A stretch of DNA of 64,000 bases from a virus. The notes beneath the pieces were generated by a model that saw only the letters and a list, made by a program, of their open reading frames with translations, had not been told where the DNA came from and ran no database searches. The translations under genes and the position numbers were made by a program. This document shows positions 10,200 through 19,759 of this stretch, in pieces (the stretch's first letter is position 1; the number at the start of each line of letters is the position of its first letter). The stretch covers positions 1-64,000 of IMG/VR virus record IMGVR_UViG_3300025875_000003. One strand, 5' to 3'.

Positions 10200-10808
10200 A
10201 TGATTCTGGACGGGTCTCGTGAGTGTACCGGGTGTCATGAGACCCGTCCAATCGCTGATTTCTCGCCCTTGTCTAGCGGACCCGGTGGACGCAACAGACG
10301 GTGCAGGGCATGTGTGCGAGAGTACTTCATCGCATATCGTGCCCGTCAGCGGGAGGGTCTTCCTGAGACGTTATTTCGGGGGGCGCAGGTTTCTAGGGAC
10401 GCCGGGGAGTTGACCCGTATCTGCGCATCCTGCGAGCGGGTGCTTCCTATGGAGGATTTCCGACAGAGACCGAACCGGAATGATTTCACTCTCCGGTGTA
10501 TCTCCTGCCGGTCGATGCCGAAGACTCCGGCACGTGCTTGGCTCTGGACAACATACCGGCTTCGAGAGTCGGACTATGAATCCATGCACGCTGCACAGGA
10601 GGGCGTGTGCGCCATCTGTCAGGAGGCACCCAAGGGACCTCTTGTAGTGGATCACGACCATTCCTGTTGTCCAGGTAAGAAGACATGTGGAAAATGTGTG
10701 CGGGGATTACTTTGTGATAACTGTAACCGAAGCCTTTCTGTAGTAGAAAAGTTTAGGGACCGCACGCTGGCGTATCTGGACAAGGGCACAATAGGAGGAG
10801 AAATGTGA
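10200..10808 (+). CDS. endonuclease VII-family HNH nuclease
   Basis: CAIC...VVDHDH...VRGLLCDNCN; N-terminal Zn fingers. Confidence 0.85.
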   Translation: MILDGSRECTGCHETRPIADFSPLSSGPGGRNRRCRACVREYFIAYRARQREGLPETLFRGAQVSRDAGELTRICASCERVLPMEDFRQRPNRNDFTLRCISCRSMPKTPARAWLWTTYRLRESDYESMHAAQEGVCAICQEAPKGPLVVDHDHSCCPGKKTCGKCVRGLLCDNCNRSLSVVEKFRDRTLAYLDKGTIGGEM

Positions 10809-11422
10809 AGATTCTAGCGGTCGATTTGGCAGCCAAGTTTTCGGCAGGCATTGCGCTAGACCGAGGCCGCGAGGTCCACCTTCAGTTCGACACGTGGGGT
10901 CGTACGCAGGTAGGCACAGCGCTGCTGATCGCTGACGTGGCAGCCACGCTCAGCCCTGACTTGATTCTGGTCGAGGATGTCCCCTACGGGATCTCTAAGC
11001 AGTTCATGATCAAGCCCGTGCTACGTCTTCAGGGCATGGTGATTCAGGAGTTGACGCGCAGTGGGTTCGAGGACCGCACGCTGTTCATCGCTCCGAACAC
11101 CTGGAAGTCAGGGCTTGGTCTACCCGTTCGGGGGGCCAAGCCCCCTGTCTTCGCTGAGGCCGCTGCCAAGGCTGGATACACCCCTCCGGACCTGCTAGAG
11201 GTCCATGCCGCTGATGTCCCCGCCAAGGGGCCAGAGCGAACCAAGATTCGCGGACTACTCCGTAAGGCTGCAACCGACTACGTGGATGCCTATCTCATCG
11301 GTGAGTGGGCGGTTGGGCGTAGTGAGGAGCAGATCCGCACTACACAGGGCGTACAGCCCATCGTGGAAGGCAATACAACATGGCTGGCAAGGCAAAGTCC
11401 GACCCCATCGCAGACATCCTGA
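10805..11422 (+). CDS. RuvC-like Holliday junction resolvase
   Basis: ILAVDLA, ILVED, DYVDAYLIG RNase H-fold acidic motifs. Confidence 0.7.
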   Translation: MKILAVDLAAKFSAGIALDRGREVHLQFDTWGRTQVGTALLIADVAATLSPDLILVEDVPYGISKQFMIKPVLRLQGMVIQELTRSGFEDRTLFIAPNTWKSGLGLPVRGAKPPVFAEAAAKAGYTPPDLLEVHAADVPAKGPERTKIRGLLRKAATDYVDAYLIGEWAVGRSEEQIRTTQGVQPIVEGNTTWLARQSPTPSQTS

Positions 11423-12648
11423 AGACTGCTGAGAAGAAGTACAACCTCACCGTTGGACCCATGAATGCTCTTGTTGAGGGCGTCAAGTTCATCACTACTG
11501 GAAACATTGCTATCGACTACGCCATCGGTGGAGGTATTCCGCTAGGCCGCTCCGTTGAGTTGTACGGTCCCCCTTCATGCGGAAAGACCACGACTGGTCT
11601 TCAGACAGCCGCTGAGTTGCAGAAGGTCATCAAGGCGGGTGGCGACGAGGCCCGTGGAATCTTCCCGGATGATCGTATTCTGTACCTGGACTATGAGCAG
11701 GCTATGGACAAGGACTATGCCAAGGCTCTAGGCCTGGACACCGATGATGAGTCATTCCTTTTCACGCAGCCGGATACACTAGAGGACGGGACCAACCTGA
11801 CTCTGGAACTGTTGAAGACTGGCAAGATTCGTCTGGTCATCTTCGACTCCCTGGCTGCTATGAATCCGTCCGTCAAGGCAGAGGCCGAGATCGGCAAGAG
11901 CCTCCCGGCTGTGCAGGCCAAGTTGATGAAGGACTTCGGTCTGAACCTCAACCCTGTGCTTCGCCACAACAACGCCACGGTAATCTTTCTGAACCACGAG
12001 ACCGAGGTCATGGATATGGGAGGCGCGCGCCGTCCTGGCATGCCTCCGGCTACCACCACCTCAGGCGGCAAGGCGACCAAGTACTTTGCTTCGGTGCGCG
12101 TGCAGTACCGGCAGATCAAGCAGATCAAGGGTGAGGTGCCTGATCCTCTCACTAACGAGAAGATTGAGCGCGTGATGTCTACGGACGTACGGGTGAAGGT
12201 CGAGAAGAACAAGGTCGCTCCCCCGTTCCGGACGGTATCCGTGCGTGTGCGCTTCGGGACCGGGTTTGACAACTACTGGACGGCCATGCAGATTCTTGTC
12301 GCTAACAAGAAGGTCATGTACCAGACCGGTCGGTACTACTTCCACAACATCGCAGAGCAGGGCTTTGCGCCCGAATGGATGAAGCGTGAGGACAAGGGCA
12401 CGCAGCGTCCCTACATCTGGGGGGAGAAGGCGCTGTTTGCTGCCGCCGACAATGACCCTGCGTGGAGGCTGGGCCTTATCCGGCTTGCTGAGGACGTAGT
12501 GGAGGAAAGTGTGGATGCGCTGTCCAAGGTCGCCCCTGTACGCTCTGAGGGTGCTTCTGTGGACGAGGATGACGAAGAGGCAGCGCGGGAGTTGGACGAG
12601 ATCTTGGAAGACGCCTCTGTGAGCGCTGGACGCCGCGTCGAGATCTGA
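11380..12648 (+). CDS. recA: RecA recombinase
   Basis: GRSVELYGPPSCGKTT, VIFDSLAAM, VIFLN, GGKATKYFASVR, VKVEKNKVAPPF. Confidence 0.95.
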   Translation: MAGKAKSDPIADILKTAEKKYNLTVGPMNALVEGVKFITTGNIAIDYAIGGGIPLGRSVELYGPPSCGKTTTGLQTAAELQKVIKAGGDEARGIFPDDRILYLDYEQAMDKDYAKALGLDTDDESFLFTQPDTLEDGTNLTLELLKTGKIRLVIFDSLAAMNPSVKAEAEIGKSLPAVQAKLMKDFGLNLNPVLRHNNATVIFLNHETEVMDMGGARRPGMPPATTTSGGKATKYFASVRVQYRQIKQIKGEVPDPLTNEKIERVMSTDVRVKVEKNKVAPPFRTVSVRVRFGTGFDNYWTAMQILVANKKVMYQTGRYYFHNIAEQGFAPEWMKREDKGTQRPYIWGEKALFAAADNDPAWRLGLIRLAEDVVEESVDALSKVAPVRSEGASVDEDDEEAARELDEILEDASVSAGRRVEI

Positions 12649-12650
12649 GA

Positions 12651-12680
12651 GTTGCACTAGCATCCTGACTGCGCTATGGT
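12651..12680 (+). promoter_or_regulatory. repeat promoter copy 1
   Basis: TTGCAC-17-TATGGT. Confidence 0.8.
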
Positions 12681-12717
12681 GGTCTCCTGAGCAAGCACGA
12701 GAACTGAGGAGACCACC

Positions 12718-12894
12718 ATGGTTGCTGACTTGATCGAGACACTGCTGGATCTCGCTGACGACCCGAGCGGTCGCAGAGAGACGGAGACCACCGAGGCGCT
12801 GCGCGAGGCTGCGGACGCTCTTCTGAAGGCACAGGTGCGGGAGACCAACCTGCGCGACGAGTACCAGCAGTACGCTGCACGTGCCGCGCGTTGA
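12718..12894 (+). CDS. hypothetical protein (58 aa)
   Basis: SD GAGGAG; first gene after promoter. Confidence 0.65.
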   Translation: MVADLIETLLDLADDPSGRRETETTEALREAADALLKAQVRETNLRDEYQQYAARAAR

Positions 12895-12962
12895 CTTTGG
12901 TTTCTTGATCCCATAGGCGTATCACTACTGACTGACCCACTGATCCCACGGAGGATGCACCA

Positions 12963-14120
12963 ATGAGCACTGTCACTCTTGACCAGATGCGCAGCAAGTT
13001 GCTGAGCGTCGATGATGTTCGTCAGCGTCTGGCGGTTACGGAGCCGCTGTCGCAGGAGCACGTCACGTCCGACTCGAACATTCGCTTCACGTTCCCGGAG
13101 GGCTGGAATGCTGATCTTGACGAGATCGGAGGCACCGACCGTACGGCTGTTCTGATGCGCGTCAACGGTGTCGAGAAGCCCATGACCAAGGATGCTGCTC
13201 TCATCGCCGCTTCCAATGTTGGCCTGCCGGGCGCATACGTGAAGAAGACGCCCGGCCCGCTGGTCGAGCAGCACATGAATTACTGGTACGGCGTGGGCAT
13301 GGGCGAGAAGGCATACAACGTCCTGACCGTGGGCGAGGACGTGGCCGCGTTCGTCAAGCCTACCATCGTCCCGTTCTCGAATCTTGCTCTGCTGGACTCC
13401 ACCATCGAGGGTATCCAGCGCCACTACGGAGCCGACACCGAGATCCTGGCTGACTACAAGATTCGCCACAACCTGGGGCGCACTGATGTGCGTCTCATCG
13501 TGCCAGAGCACCAGCGGACCATCACGGGTGGCGGCCTGAATGATGTTCCGAGTGGTGAGGCTGACCTGTGGAGCGCTGGGATCACCTTGACCAACTCCCT
13601 GATCGGTAAGTCTCAGACCGCCGTTGAGGGCAACCTGTTCCGGTGGTGGTGCACGAACGGAGCAACCACGACCAACGCCGAGGTAGGCACGTGGAGCCGC
13701 CGTAGCGGGGGCCAGGGCGAGGATGTGTACGTTTGGGCTGCTGAGGCCGTGGACGAGGTTCTGGGCGGCATGGAGCACCGTTTTGACGAGGTGCAGGCAC
13801 TGACTGGTCTCAACGTGGCAGGGAACACCGCTGATGTGCTGCGCGACATCTTCACGCAGTATCAGGTGCCCGTGAGCCAGCGTGAGGCTGTGACCAACGC
13901 GCTGCTGGAATCGGAAAACCTAACCATGTACGCCATTATGAACGCCATCACGCAGACGGCCAACGGCTCGGAGATCTCCGCCGACCGCGCGGACCGCATG
14001 ATGCGTATCGGTGGAGCCGTGCCGACCGCCGCGTTCGACACGCTGAAGGCTCGGGTCTGGGACGAGGGCCACACCGCGCCTGTCGAGGTTGCTAACCCGT
14101 ACGTCATCGCGGCTGCCTGA
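12963..14120 (+). CDS. DUF932-like protein with C-terminal WDEG...NPY motif
   Basis: AGITLTNSLIG...FRWWCTNG resembles DUF932; SD GGAGG. Confidence 0.6.
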   Translation: MSTVTLDQMRSKLLSVDDVRQRLAVTEPLSQEHVTSDSNIRFTFPEGWNADLDEIGGTDRTAVLMRVNGVEKPMTKDAALIAASNVGLPGAYVKKTPGPLVEQHMNYWYGVGMGEKAYNVLTVGEDVAAFVKPTIVPFSNLALLDSTIEGIQRHYGADTEILADYKIRHNLGRTDVRLIVPEHQRTITGGGLNDVPSGEADLWSAGITLTNSLIGKSQTAVEGNLFRWWCTNGATTTNAEVGTWSRRSGGQGEDVYVWAAEAVDEVLGGMEHRFDEVQALTGLNVAGNTADVLRDIFTQYQVPVSQREAVTNALLESENLTMYAIMNAITQTANGSEISADRADRMMRIGGAVPTAAFDTLKARVWDEGHTAPVEVANPYVIAAA

Positions 14121-14302
14121 TGGGTCCGTGCTTGGTCGAGGGCTGCGGCTGCCGCACACCTGAGGAGAAGATTGCTGCGGTACGGCGGGCAGTGGCCAGG
14201 AAGACCGCAGCACGCCTCCCGGCAGGGTTCTGGCTCTCTGAGGCAGCCATCGCTACGGGTACTCTGTTGGCCGTATTCTTGTCCTGACCAGCATGAACGC
14301 TC

Positions 14303-14342
14303 ACAGCGGCACGTCTCTTGAAACTGAGGGGCGTGCCGCTGT
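14303..14342 (+). terminator. hairpin abutting promoter copy 2
   Basis: ACAGCGGCACG / CGTGCCGCTGT 11-bp arms. Confidence 0.6.
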
Positions 14343-14370
14343 TGCATATGCTGCCTGTCTGCGCTAATGT
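14341..14370 (+). promoter_or_regulatory. repeat promoter copy 2
   Basis: TTGCAT-17-TAATGT. Confidence 0.8.
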
Positions 14371-14397
14371 GGTCTTACTGGACCTGAGGAGGACACC

Positions 14398-14712
14398 ATG
14401 AGTGAGACTCGAACTGACGATCTTCGCATAGGAGATTTTGTTCCCGGCTGTGGGACAGTGCTTGCGCTTGTCCCTCTCCCCGAGCAGGGGAGCACGGAGA
14501 TCACATGGAGTTCAAACTTCGGAGAAGTGGTTTCTTCGAACGACTCCACGTGGCTTGGCGTGATGGTTTCGGTCGATAGGCCGCTCACCGCCACGCTGGA
14601 TGACGCTGCCCGCGACCGCGCGGTGGCTGCGCTTGTGGCCAGTCGGGGTCTTTCCAAGGGCCAGGCCGAGGACGTACTGAACACCATCTTCGCTGCTCTG
14701 AAGGGAGCCTGA
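14398..14712 (+). CDS. hypothetical protein
   Basis: GAGGAGGACACC-ATG. Confidence 0.75.
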   Translation: MSETRTDDLRIGDFVPGCGTVLALVPLPEQGSTEITWSSNFGEVVSSNDSTWLGVMVSVDRPLTATLDDAARDRAVAALVASRGLSKGQAEDVLNTIFAALKGA

Positions 14713-14713
14713 C

Positions 14714-14983
14714 ATGAGCACCTGCCCGAACTGCGGCCACCAGATGGCCGATGTGTGCCCCGTAGAGCCGCCTGTAGGCTCGTGGATGATGGACCGCCTT
14801 GGCGGGACCACCATGCGACAGGAAGAGGGCTGGGGACAGCCTGGCATGTTTCCTTTCGGTCGCTGGGAGATGATGTGGGAGGCGCGTGGCCCGTACACGC
14901 CATGCTCTCCGTGGGGTAACAGCACCGAGGACGTGGCTGAGCGCAAGCGTCGGAACAAGAATCCTCTGGGGGCTGTGCGATGA
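14714..14983 (+). CDS. hypothetical protein
   Basis: TGACATG coupling. Confidence 0.7.
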   Translation: MSTCPNCGHQMADVCPVEPPVGSWMMDRLGGTTMRQEEGWGQPGMFPFGRWEMMWEARGPYTPCSPWGNSTEDVAERKRRNKNPLGAVR

Positions 14984-15183
14984 ACAAGGACACTGAGTTT
15001 GCTCTACTCACGGCGGCTCATGACAAGGCGTGGGAGTCTGTGGTCTTCGCTGACCGTCTGCGAACCAACTTCATGCACATAGCGGAGACACCTGAGATCT
15101 CGGCGCTCTTCATGAAGATGTGGGAGGCCGAGTCTGCCTACCGGGACGCGCTGTTTGACGCATGGCGGGGTGCCACCAAGTGA
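14980..15183 (+). CDS. hypothetical protein
   Basis: ATGA overlap. Confidence 0.65.
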   Translation: MNKDTEFALLTAAHDKAWESVVFADRLRTNFMHIAETPEISALFMKMWEAESAYRDALFDAWRGATK

Positions 15184-15488
15184 CTGAGACGATCAAGCGT
15201 TACATCCTGGTCGAGGTGACCGAAGAGAACCCAGACGGTATCCACACGGACTCAGGACGTGTCCGTAAGGCTATCCACAACGCCGCTGAGAGCCATGGGA
15301 TTCATGTCCGAGATATGATTTACCTGGACGACCGCAGAACGCTCATGGCGTCCTCCAAGGGCTTCTACCACACGCTAAGGCACGTCATGGACCACACTAT
15401 GAACGAGGCCTACCGACTGCGGGACCGTCAGCGCGTAGAGGGCGATGACCCGACCCGCGAGTGTCAGGTCTGTAGAGGACCGCACTGA
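15180..15488 (+). CDS. hypothetical protein
   Basis: GTGA overlap. Confidence 0.65.
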   Translation: MTETIKRYILVEVTEENPDGIHTDSGRVRKAIHNAAESHGIHVRDMIYLDDRRTLMASSKGFYHTLRHVMDHTMNEAYRLRDRQRVEGDDPTRECQVCRGPH

Positions 15489-15490
15489 GG

Positions 15491-15520
15491 GTTGCGTATG
15501 TCGCTTGGTTGCGCTAGGCT
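15491..15520 (+). promoter_or_regulatory. repeat promoter copy 3
   Basis: TTGCGT-17-TAGGCT. Confidence 0.8.
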
Positions 15521-15549
15521 GGTCTCAACGGCAACCGAGGAGGTACACC

Positions 15550-15708
15550 ATGGCGCGAGGACTGACCTGGAACCAGGACATCGATGACGTGGATAGCGCT
15601 GATCGTTACACCCCTGTGGCGCAGGTACGACCTCTTCTGCCCCCATCGTTCGACTGCGACCCGTGGGCCAACGACATCGGCCACAACGCCTACACCAAGG
15701 GAGACTGA
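15550..15708 (+). CDS. hypothetical protein
   Basis: SD GAGGAGG. Confidence 0.65.
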   Translation: MARGLTWNQDIDDVDSADRYTPVAQVRPLLPPSFDCDPWANDIGHNAYTKGD

Positions 15709-15709
15709 C

Positions 15710-15868
15710 ATGGAGACGACAACTTTCACCAAGCCCGCTTTCAGCACCGCTGAGGCTGAGCAGATCGCTGATCTGCTGGAGGCCCTGAAGTTGCTGCGCA
15801 ACAAGGGCATCATCACCAAGGCCGAGTACATGGACTATGCACTCAACGTGCTGCGTGGGGAGGGCTGA
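15710..15868 (+). CDS. SHOCT-like small protein
   Basis: LEALKLLRNKGIITKAEY. Confidence 0.55.
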   Translation: METTTFTKPAFSTAEAEQIADLLEALKLLRNKGIITKAEYMDYALNVLRGEG

Positions 15869-15871
15869 AAC

Positions 15872-16111
15872 ATGGAAATCAAGATTCCTGCCACCCTGAC
15901 TGCGCACATCGAGGAGATCTTGCACGACAGCCGACCTTGGGTGGAGGACTCCACGTACGAGGTCGTGGTCGAGTTTGGACACGTCGAGATCGCCCGCCTG
16001 ACGCCTGTCCGAGAGATCTGGTACGGTGTGGACGAAGACGACCGGGACACCATCGCGGCTGAGACTGTTGCACCTTACCTTGCCCGCATCTTCGCCACGG
16101 AGGCGCAGTGA
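15872..16111 (+). CDS. hypothetical protein
   Basis: ORF track, SD. Confidence 0.7.
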   Translation: MEIKIPATLTAHIEEILHDSRPWVEDSTYEVVVEFGHVEIARLTPVREIWYGVDEDDRDTIAAETVAPYLARIFATEAQ

Positions 16112-16446
16112 TCTCCATCGACAGTGGCGCGTTGGTCATGCTTGGAATCCTGGCCATGGTGTGTTTCGTGTTCTGGCTCTTGCTGCGTCACGCACCACAA
16201 GTCAAGACCCGAGAGCCCAATGACGTGTCCGACTACAGCGACCCTGAGGATCACGTCATCGAGTTGACTCTGCTGAATGATAGCCTTCCGGAGGAGTGGG
16301 AGTGTGGGTGCGGAGCCGAGGGGTCTTATCTGGCGAGCGCTAGAGAGCACGTGCGGTTTGTGCTGGAGGTTGCAGAGATGAACCACCGCATGAGCGGCTG
16401 GGCCACAGAGCCGATGCGGGTGCAGGATGGCAACTTCGAAGACTGA
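16108..16446 (+). CDS. membrane protein
   Basis: N-terminal TM helix. Confidence 0.7.
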   Translation: MISIDSGALVMLGILAMVCFVFWLLLRHAPQVKTREPNDVSDYSDPEDHVIELTLLNDSLPEEWECGCGAEGSYLASAREHVRFVLEVAEMNHRMSGWATEPMRVQDGNFED

Positions 16447-16447
16447 G

Positions 16448-16477
16448 GTTGCGCATGTTGCTTGGTTGCGCTAGGCT
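16448..16477 (+). promoter_or_regulatory. repeat promoter copy 4
   Basis: TTGCGC-17-TAGGCT. Confidence 0.8.
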
Positions 16478-16504
16478 CTAGGTACTGGACCTGAGGAGGA
16501 CATC

Positions 16505-16789
16505 ATGACCCACTACAGCCGCTCTGACATCCTGGACCGTCTTGTCGGACAGGACCGAGTGACCATCCTGCTGCGCGAGAGCGACACCGCCGAGGCTCTG
16601 GTGTCCTACCTGGACAAGTTCTCTGGTCCTGGCGCAGTCACCTTCCTTTCAGGTGTTGGTCCGGCTTGGGCATTCGACCCGCTGGCCGACGAGGACGAGT
16701 ACCGCTGCGAGCACGAGAACGCAGAGGGTGATCGCTGCATGCTGATCGATGGTGATCACGCTCAGGCACACTACTACGAGGAGGACTGA
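16505..16789 (+). CDS. hypothetical protein
   Basis: GAGGAGGACATC-ATG. Confidence 0.75.
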   Translation: MTHYSRSDILDRLVGQDRVTILLRESDTAEALVSYLDKFSGPGAVTFLSGVGPAWAFDPLADEDEYRCEHENAEGDRCMLIDGDHAQAHYYEED

Positions 16790-16790
16790 C

Positions 16791-16952
16791 ATGGAAAATT
16801 TTTGGCAGACTACAGCACGACTGTCGAGCGGTCGCAGTCAGACCTTCAGGGCAGTGGACGAGCCAACGGCCCGTGCAGAGGCACGCATCATCTTGGAGAC
16901 TTTCGGGTCTGCTATCGAGAGCATCTCTGTAACCCCTATCGAGGAGAACTGA
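16791..16952 (+). CDS. hypothetical protein
   Basis: TGACATG coupling. Confidence 0.65.
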   Translation: MENFWQTTARLSSGRSQTFRAVDEPTARAEARIILETFGSAIESISVTPIEEN

Positions 16953-16953
16953 C

Positions 16954-17127
16954 ATGGACATGGGCATCATCGGAATCATCTTTCTGGGCGTCGTGCTGCT
17001 GGCCGTCGTGCTGATCTGCATCGGTGCGGCACGTCTTTCGCGCGGAGACAGTGTGGCTCCCTATGACGAGTCCACCGGCGACGATCTCTACTACGAGCCG
17101 TCTGATTGGGAGACCAAGCCGCGCTGA
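16954..17127 (+). CDS. small membrane protein
   Basis: TGACATG coupling; TM helix. Confidence 0.6.
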   Translation: MDMGIIGIIFLGVVLLAVVLICIGAARLSRGDSVAPYDESTGDDLYYEPSDWETKPR

Positions 17128-17179
17128 TCCGGTATCCTGTACATGTAGCAGTTACCCGCCTACGAGGGATATCTGAATC

Positions 17180-17626
17180 ATGGCGCATAAGGCCCGAGGG
17201 TCCAGCAAGTACGTCTGCCACTACTGCGACGATGCTCCCGGAGACACCTCCGATCACATCGTTCCTCGCTCTCGGGGTGGCACAGACTTCGGCTGGAATC
17301 TAGTCCGAGCATGCCGCACCTGCAACGGAGCCAAGCGTAACGACTTGCCCCGGTGCAAGTGCACGCGCTGCATCAAGGCAGTGGAGAAGCACTGGCAGTA
17401 CGTGATGAGCCTGCGTCCCTCGCGCCGCTGGCCACTGCTGAAGCACGTGTCTGGGCTCTACTTTGACCGACAGCCACAGATCCAGGATGCCTGGAATTCT
17501 TACGTGGCCGCAGGACAGCCGAGCGTAGACATACGAGCCGAGCATCCCAAGGCCAAAAGCCGTCGCATGTCGGTGCGCGAGGCGCAAAGACAGAGAGCAA
17601 GGTCACTCACGATGGTGCAGCGCTAG
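17180..17626 (+). CDS. HNH endonuclease
   Basis: CHYC...DHIVPRSRGG...NLVRACRTCNGAK. Confidence 0.85.
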   Translation: MAHKARGSSKYVCHYCDDAPGDTSDHIVPRSRGGTDFGWNLVRACRTCNGAKRNDLPRCKCTRCIKAVEKHWQYVMSLRPSRRWPLLKHVSGLYFDRQPQIQDAWNSYVAAGQPSVDIRAEHPKAKSRRMSVREAQRQRARSLTMVQR

Positions 17627-17628
17627 AG

Positions 17629-17658
17629 GTTGCGCATGTTGCGTGACTGCGCTACTGT
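17629..17658 (+). promoter_or_regulatory. repeat promoter copy 5
   Basis: TTGCGC-17-TACTGT. Confidence 0.8.
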
Positions 17659-17685
17659 GGTCTTACTGGACCTGAGGAGGACACC

Positions 17686-17817
17686 ATGACCGAATGTCTC
17701 TGGGTACTAAGTGCCCGAAAGAAGATGACTAATCCCCTGCTGGCTGAGGTTGCCCGCTGTGTTAAGGGAAAGATTTGCTGTCGCGCGTGTTTCACTCGAT
17801 GGAAGGCTGAGGGCTGA
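17686..17817 (+). CDS. small Cys-rich protein (43 aa)
   Basis: GAGGAGGACACC-ATG. Confidence 0.6.
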   Translation: MTECLWVLSARKKMTNPLLAEVARCVKGKICCRACFTRWKAEG

Positions 17818-17820
17818 ATC

Positions 17821-18129
17821 ATGAACACTGACACATCTGAGCAGCGCGTTTGCCCCCGCTCTTTCGCGGGTAGCCCGCACTACATGTACCAGCCGGTTCC
17901 GGGCATCGATCTGTGGCTCTGCCCGCTGGAGGAGGACGCCAAGCGTGAAGCCGCAGCCAAGGCACGCAGGAAGGCCGATGAGTGGGCAGTCAAGCGCTTC
18001 AAGATCGCTGTTGCTCTTCACGCAGACAAGCCGCTGCTGCCCGGCATGTCCTGGGGCGACCTCTCCCCGGCGGGGCAGGCGCCGTACCTGCACAAGGCCG
18101 ATATCGCGCTCAACGCACTGGAGGGCTGA
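17821..18129 (+). CDS. hypothetical protein
   Basis: ORF track. Confidence 0.7.
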   Translation: MNTDTSEQRVCPRSFAGSPHYMYQPVPGIDLWLCPLEEDAKREAAAKARRKADEWAVKRFKIAVALHADKPLLPGMSWGDLSPAGQAPYLHKADIALNALEG

Positions 18130-18132
18130 GAC

Positions 18133-18408
18133 ATGGCAACGAACACCCATACCGGCGTGCCTCAGCCTGCCGACATCCGAGCCACCATCGTTTATGACAC
18201 CAAGGGCCATACCGAGACCTACGGCAAGACTTATCGCCACTACAAGATCGTCGTGCACCTCAACAACGTTGGCCACGATCTGCCAGTGCACATGCGTTCT
18301 GCTTCGGGCTACGCCTGGACCGAGGAGGGGGCCAAGAAGAAGGCCAAGCGTCTGGCTCATCGTCTGCGTGAGTACAAGCGCAAGCACACCATGTATGTCC
18401 CGGCCTGA
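18133..18408 (+). CDS. hypothetical protein
   Basis: ORF track. Confidence 0.7.
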   Translation: MATNTHTGVPQPADIRATIVYDTKGHTETYGKTYRHYKIVVHLNNVGHDLPVHMRSASGYAWTEEGAKKKAKRLAHRLREYKRKHTMYVPA

Positions 18409-18441
18409 GCCGGGCTGTTCCCCACCATTAGTAGGAGACAC

Positions 18442-18708
18442 ATGAAGAACAAGATTCGTACCTCTGCCCTGTCCGTCTTGGCCATCGGTGCGCTTATCGT
18501 CGGCGGAGCCCTTCCGGCTGAGGCCCATAAGCGAGGCACCGGCTGGACAGCATGGGAGGGGCTGTATCGCATCCAGTACGGAGTGGGTAACTTCGTGGGC
18601 GATGTCCCCGGGGCGTGTGATATCCACACGGTGCATCGGCGCATCCTCTTCGCCCCACCGTGGGACTGGCGCAGCACTCTCCCGTCGAAGAACATGACTA
18701 TCTGCTGA
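18442..18708 (+). CDS. small secreted protein with two Cys
   Basis: Sec signal MKNKIR-hydrophobic-PAEA; SD AGGAG. Confidence 0.7.
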   Translation: MKNKIRTSALSVLAIGALIVGGALPAEAHKRGTGWTAWEGLYRIQYGVGNFVGDVPGACDIHTVHRRILFAPPWDWRSTLPSKNMTIC

Positions 18709-18730
18709 TGCTCTGACCTGCAAGAACGCC

Positions 18731-18770
18731 GCGCGAGCGGGCTGCGAGAACATTCGTGGCCCGCTCGTGT
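18731..18770 (+). terminator. hairpin abutting promoter copy 6
   Basis: GCGAGCGGGC / GCCCGCTCGT arms. Confidence 0.55.
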
Positions 18771-18798
18771 TGCATCTGTCGCATGGTTGCTCTAGAGT
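18769..18798 (+). promoter_or_regulatory. repeat promoter copy 6
   Basis: TTGCAT-17-TAGAGT. Confidence 0.8.
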
Positions 18799-18828
18799 GG
18801 GAACTACCGACGAACCGAGGAGCACACC

Positions 18829-19026
18829 ATGGACATCACGAATCTTCCCACTGCTGAGGATCTGCGAGCATCGGTCAAAGACTTCCGAGACGGTGTGACC
18901 AACCAGCGCGAGCGCACCTACATCATGGCCTGGTGGGCGCAGTATGGCATCCTGAACCAGTTCGCCGCGATGACGCGAGCGGCTGAGATCGAGCGGGCCG
19001 CTGCGCTTCCCCGAGTCGAGAACTGA
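18829..19026 (+). CDS. hypothetical protein
   Basis: SD GAGGAG. Confidence 0.7.
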   Translation: MDITNLPTAEDLRASVKDFRDGVTNQRERTYIMAWWAQYGILNQFAAMTRAAEIERAAALPRVEN

Positions 19027-19036
19027 GGAGCACATC

Positions 19037-19405
19037 ATGGACACTAAGCATCCCGTACGGGTCCGAGAGGACGCCACTAACCACGAGGCGCGCTCTTACC
19101 GGGGCCTGCGCGGCAATGCCGTAGCGAGCACAGCCACGCAGGTCATGGTTGTGTTTCCTCACCTCAACTTTCCCGTGTGGCTGCCTGCCAACGCCATTCT
19201 GGGAGACGATGAGCCTGAGCAGAACGTCAGGCTCACTGCCGAGCAGATCAACGCTCTGAAGGCTCTGGTCAAGAATCTGGAGAGCCCTGACACGGCGTCT
19301 TACAACTATGATGACTACTCTGCTGGTGTGGCACAGGGCATAGAGCAGGCGAGCGACAACGCCGCTTACGAGTTGACCAACATCCTGCCGTTCCTGCGCG
19401 ACTGA
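19037..19405 (+). CDS. hypothetical protein
   Basis: SD GAGGAG. Confidence 0.75.
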   Translation: MDTKHPVRVREDATNHEARSYRGLRGNAVASTATQVMVVFPHLNFPVWLPANAILGDDEPEQNVRLTAEQINALKALVKNLESPDTASYNYDDYSAGVAQGIEQASDNAAYELTNILPFLRD

Positions 19406-19583
19406 GGGAGACCAAAACATGATTCGAGTCATCTGCTACATGATTGACGTGCTGGTGCTTGTCATCGGCTGGGCCATCGGGCTGACGCTGAGGCTTCTGC
19501 TGCTTCCCTTTCCCAAGGCGCGGAGCCTGACGTGCTCCGCGCTGACGTGGGTAGGAGCCCGACTGGACCAGTCTGCCAGATAG

Positions 19584-19613
19584 GTTGCACATGTCGCATG
19601 GCTGAGTTAGACT
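19584..19613 (+). promoter_or_regulatory. repeat promoter copy 7
   Basis: TTGCAC-17-TAGACT. Confidence 0.8.
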
Positions 19614-19619
19614 CAAAGC

Positions 19620-19748
19620 ATGACGACGAACCAAGCAGTCGAGATCGAGATGGTCCCTCGCTTGTGGACCGAGCAGCACATCACGGCGTACCTCATTCGG
19701 TACTACGTTCGTACCGCTCGCCGCGTCATCCGTAACCAGTACCGCTGA
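19620..19748 (+). CDS. 42-aa protein, probably leaderless mRNA
   Basis: ATG 7 nt after the -10 box, no SD. Confidence 0.55.
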   Translation: MTTNQAVEIEMVPRLWTEQHITAYLIRYYVRTARRVIRNQYR

Positions 19749-19759
19749 GGAGAAGAATC

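Noticed and set aside
5810-12648. Inteins or introns in PolA or RecA
   Set aside because: Both are near normal length with contiguous motifs; no intein termini or LAGLIDADG motifs seen
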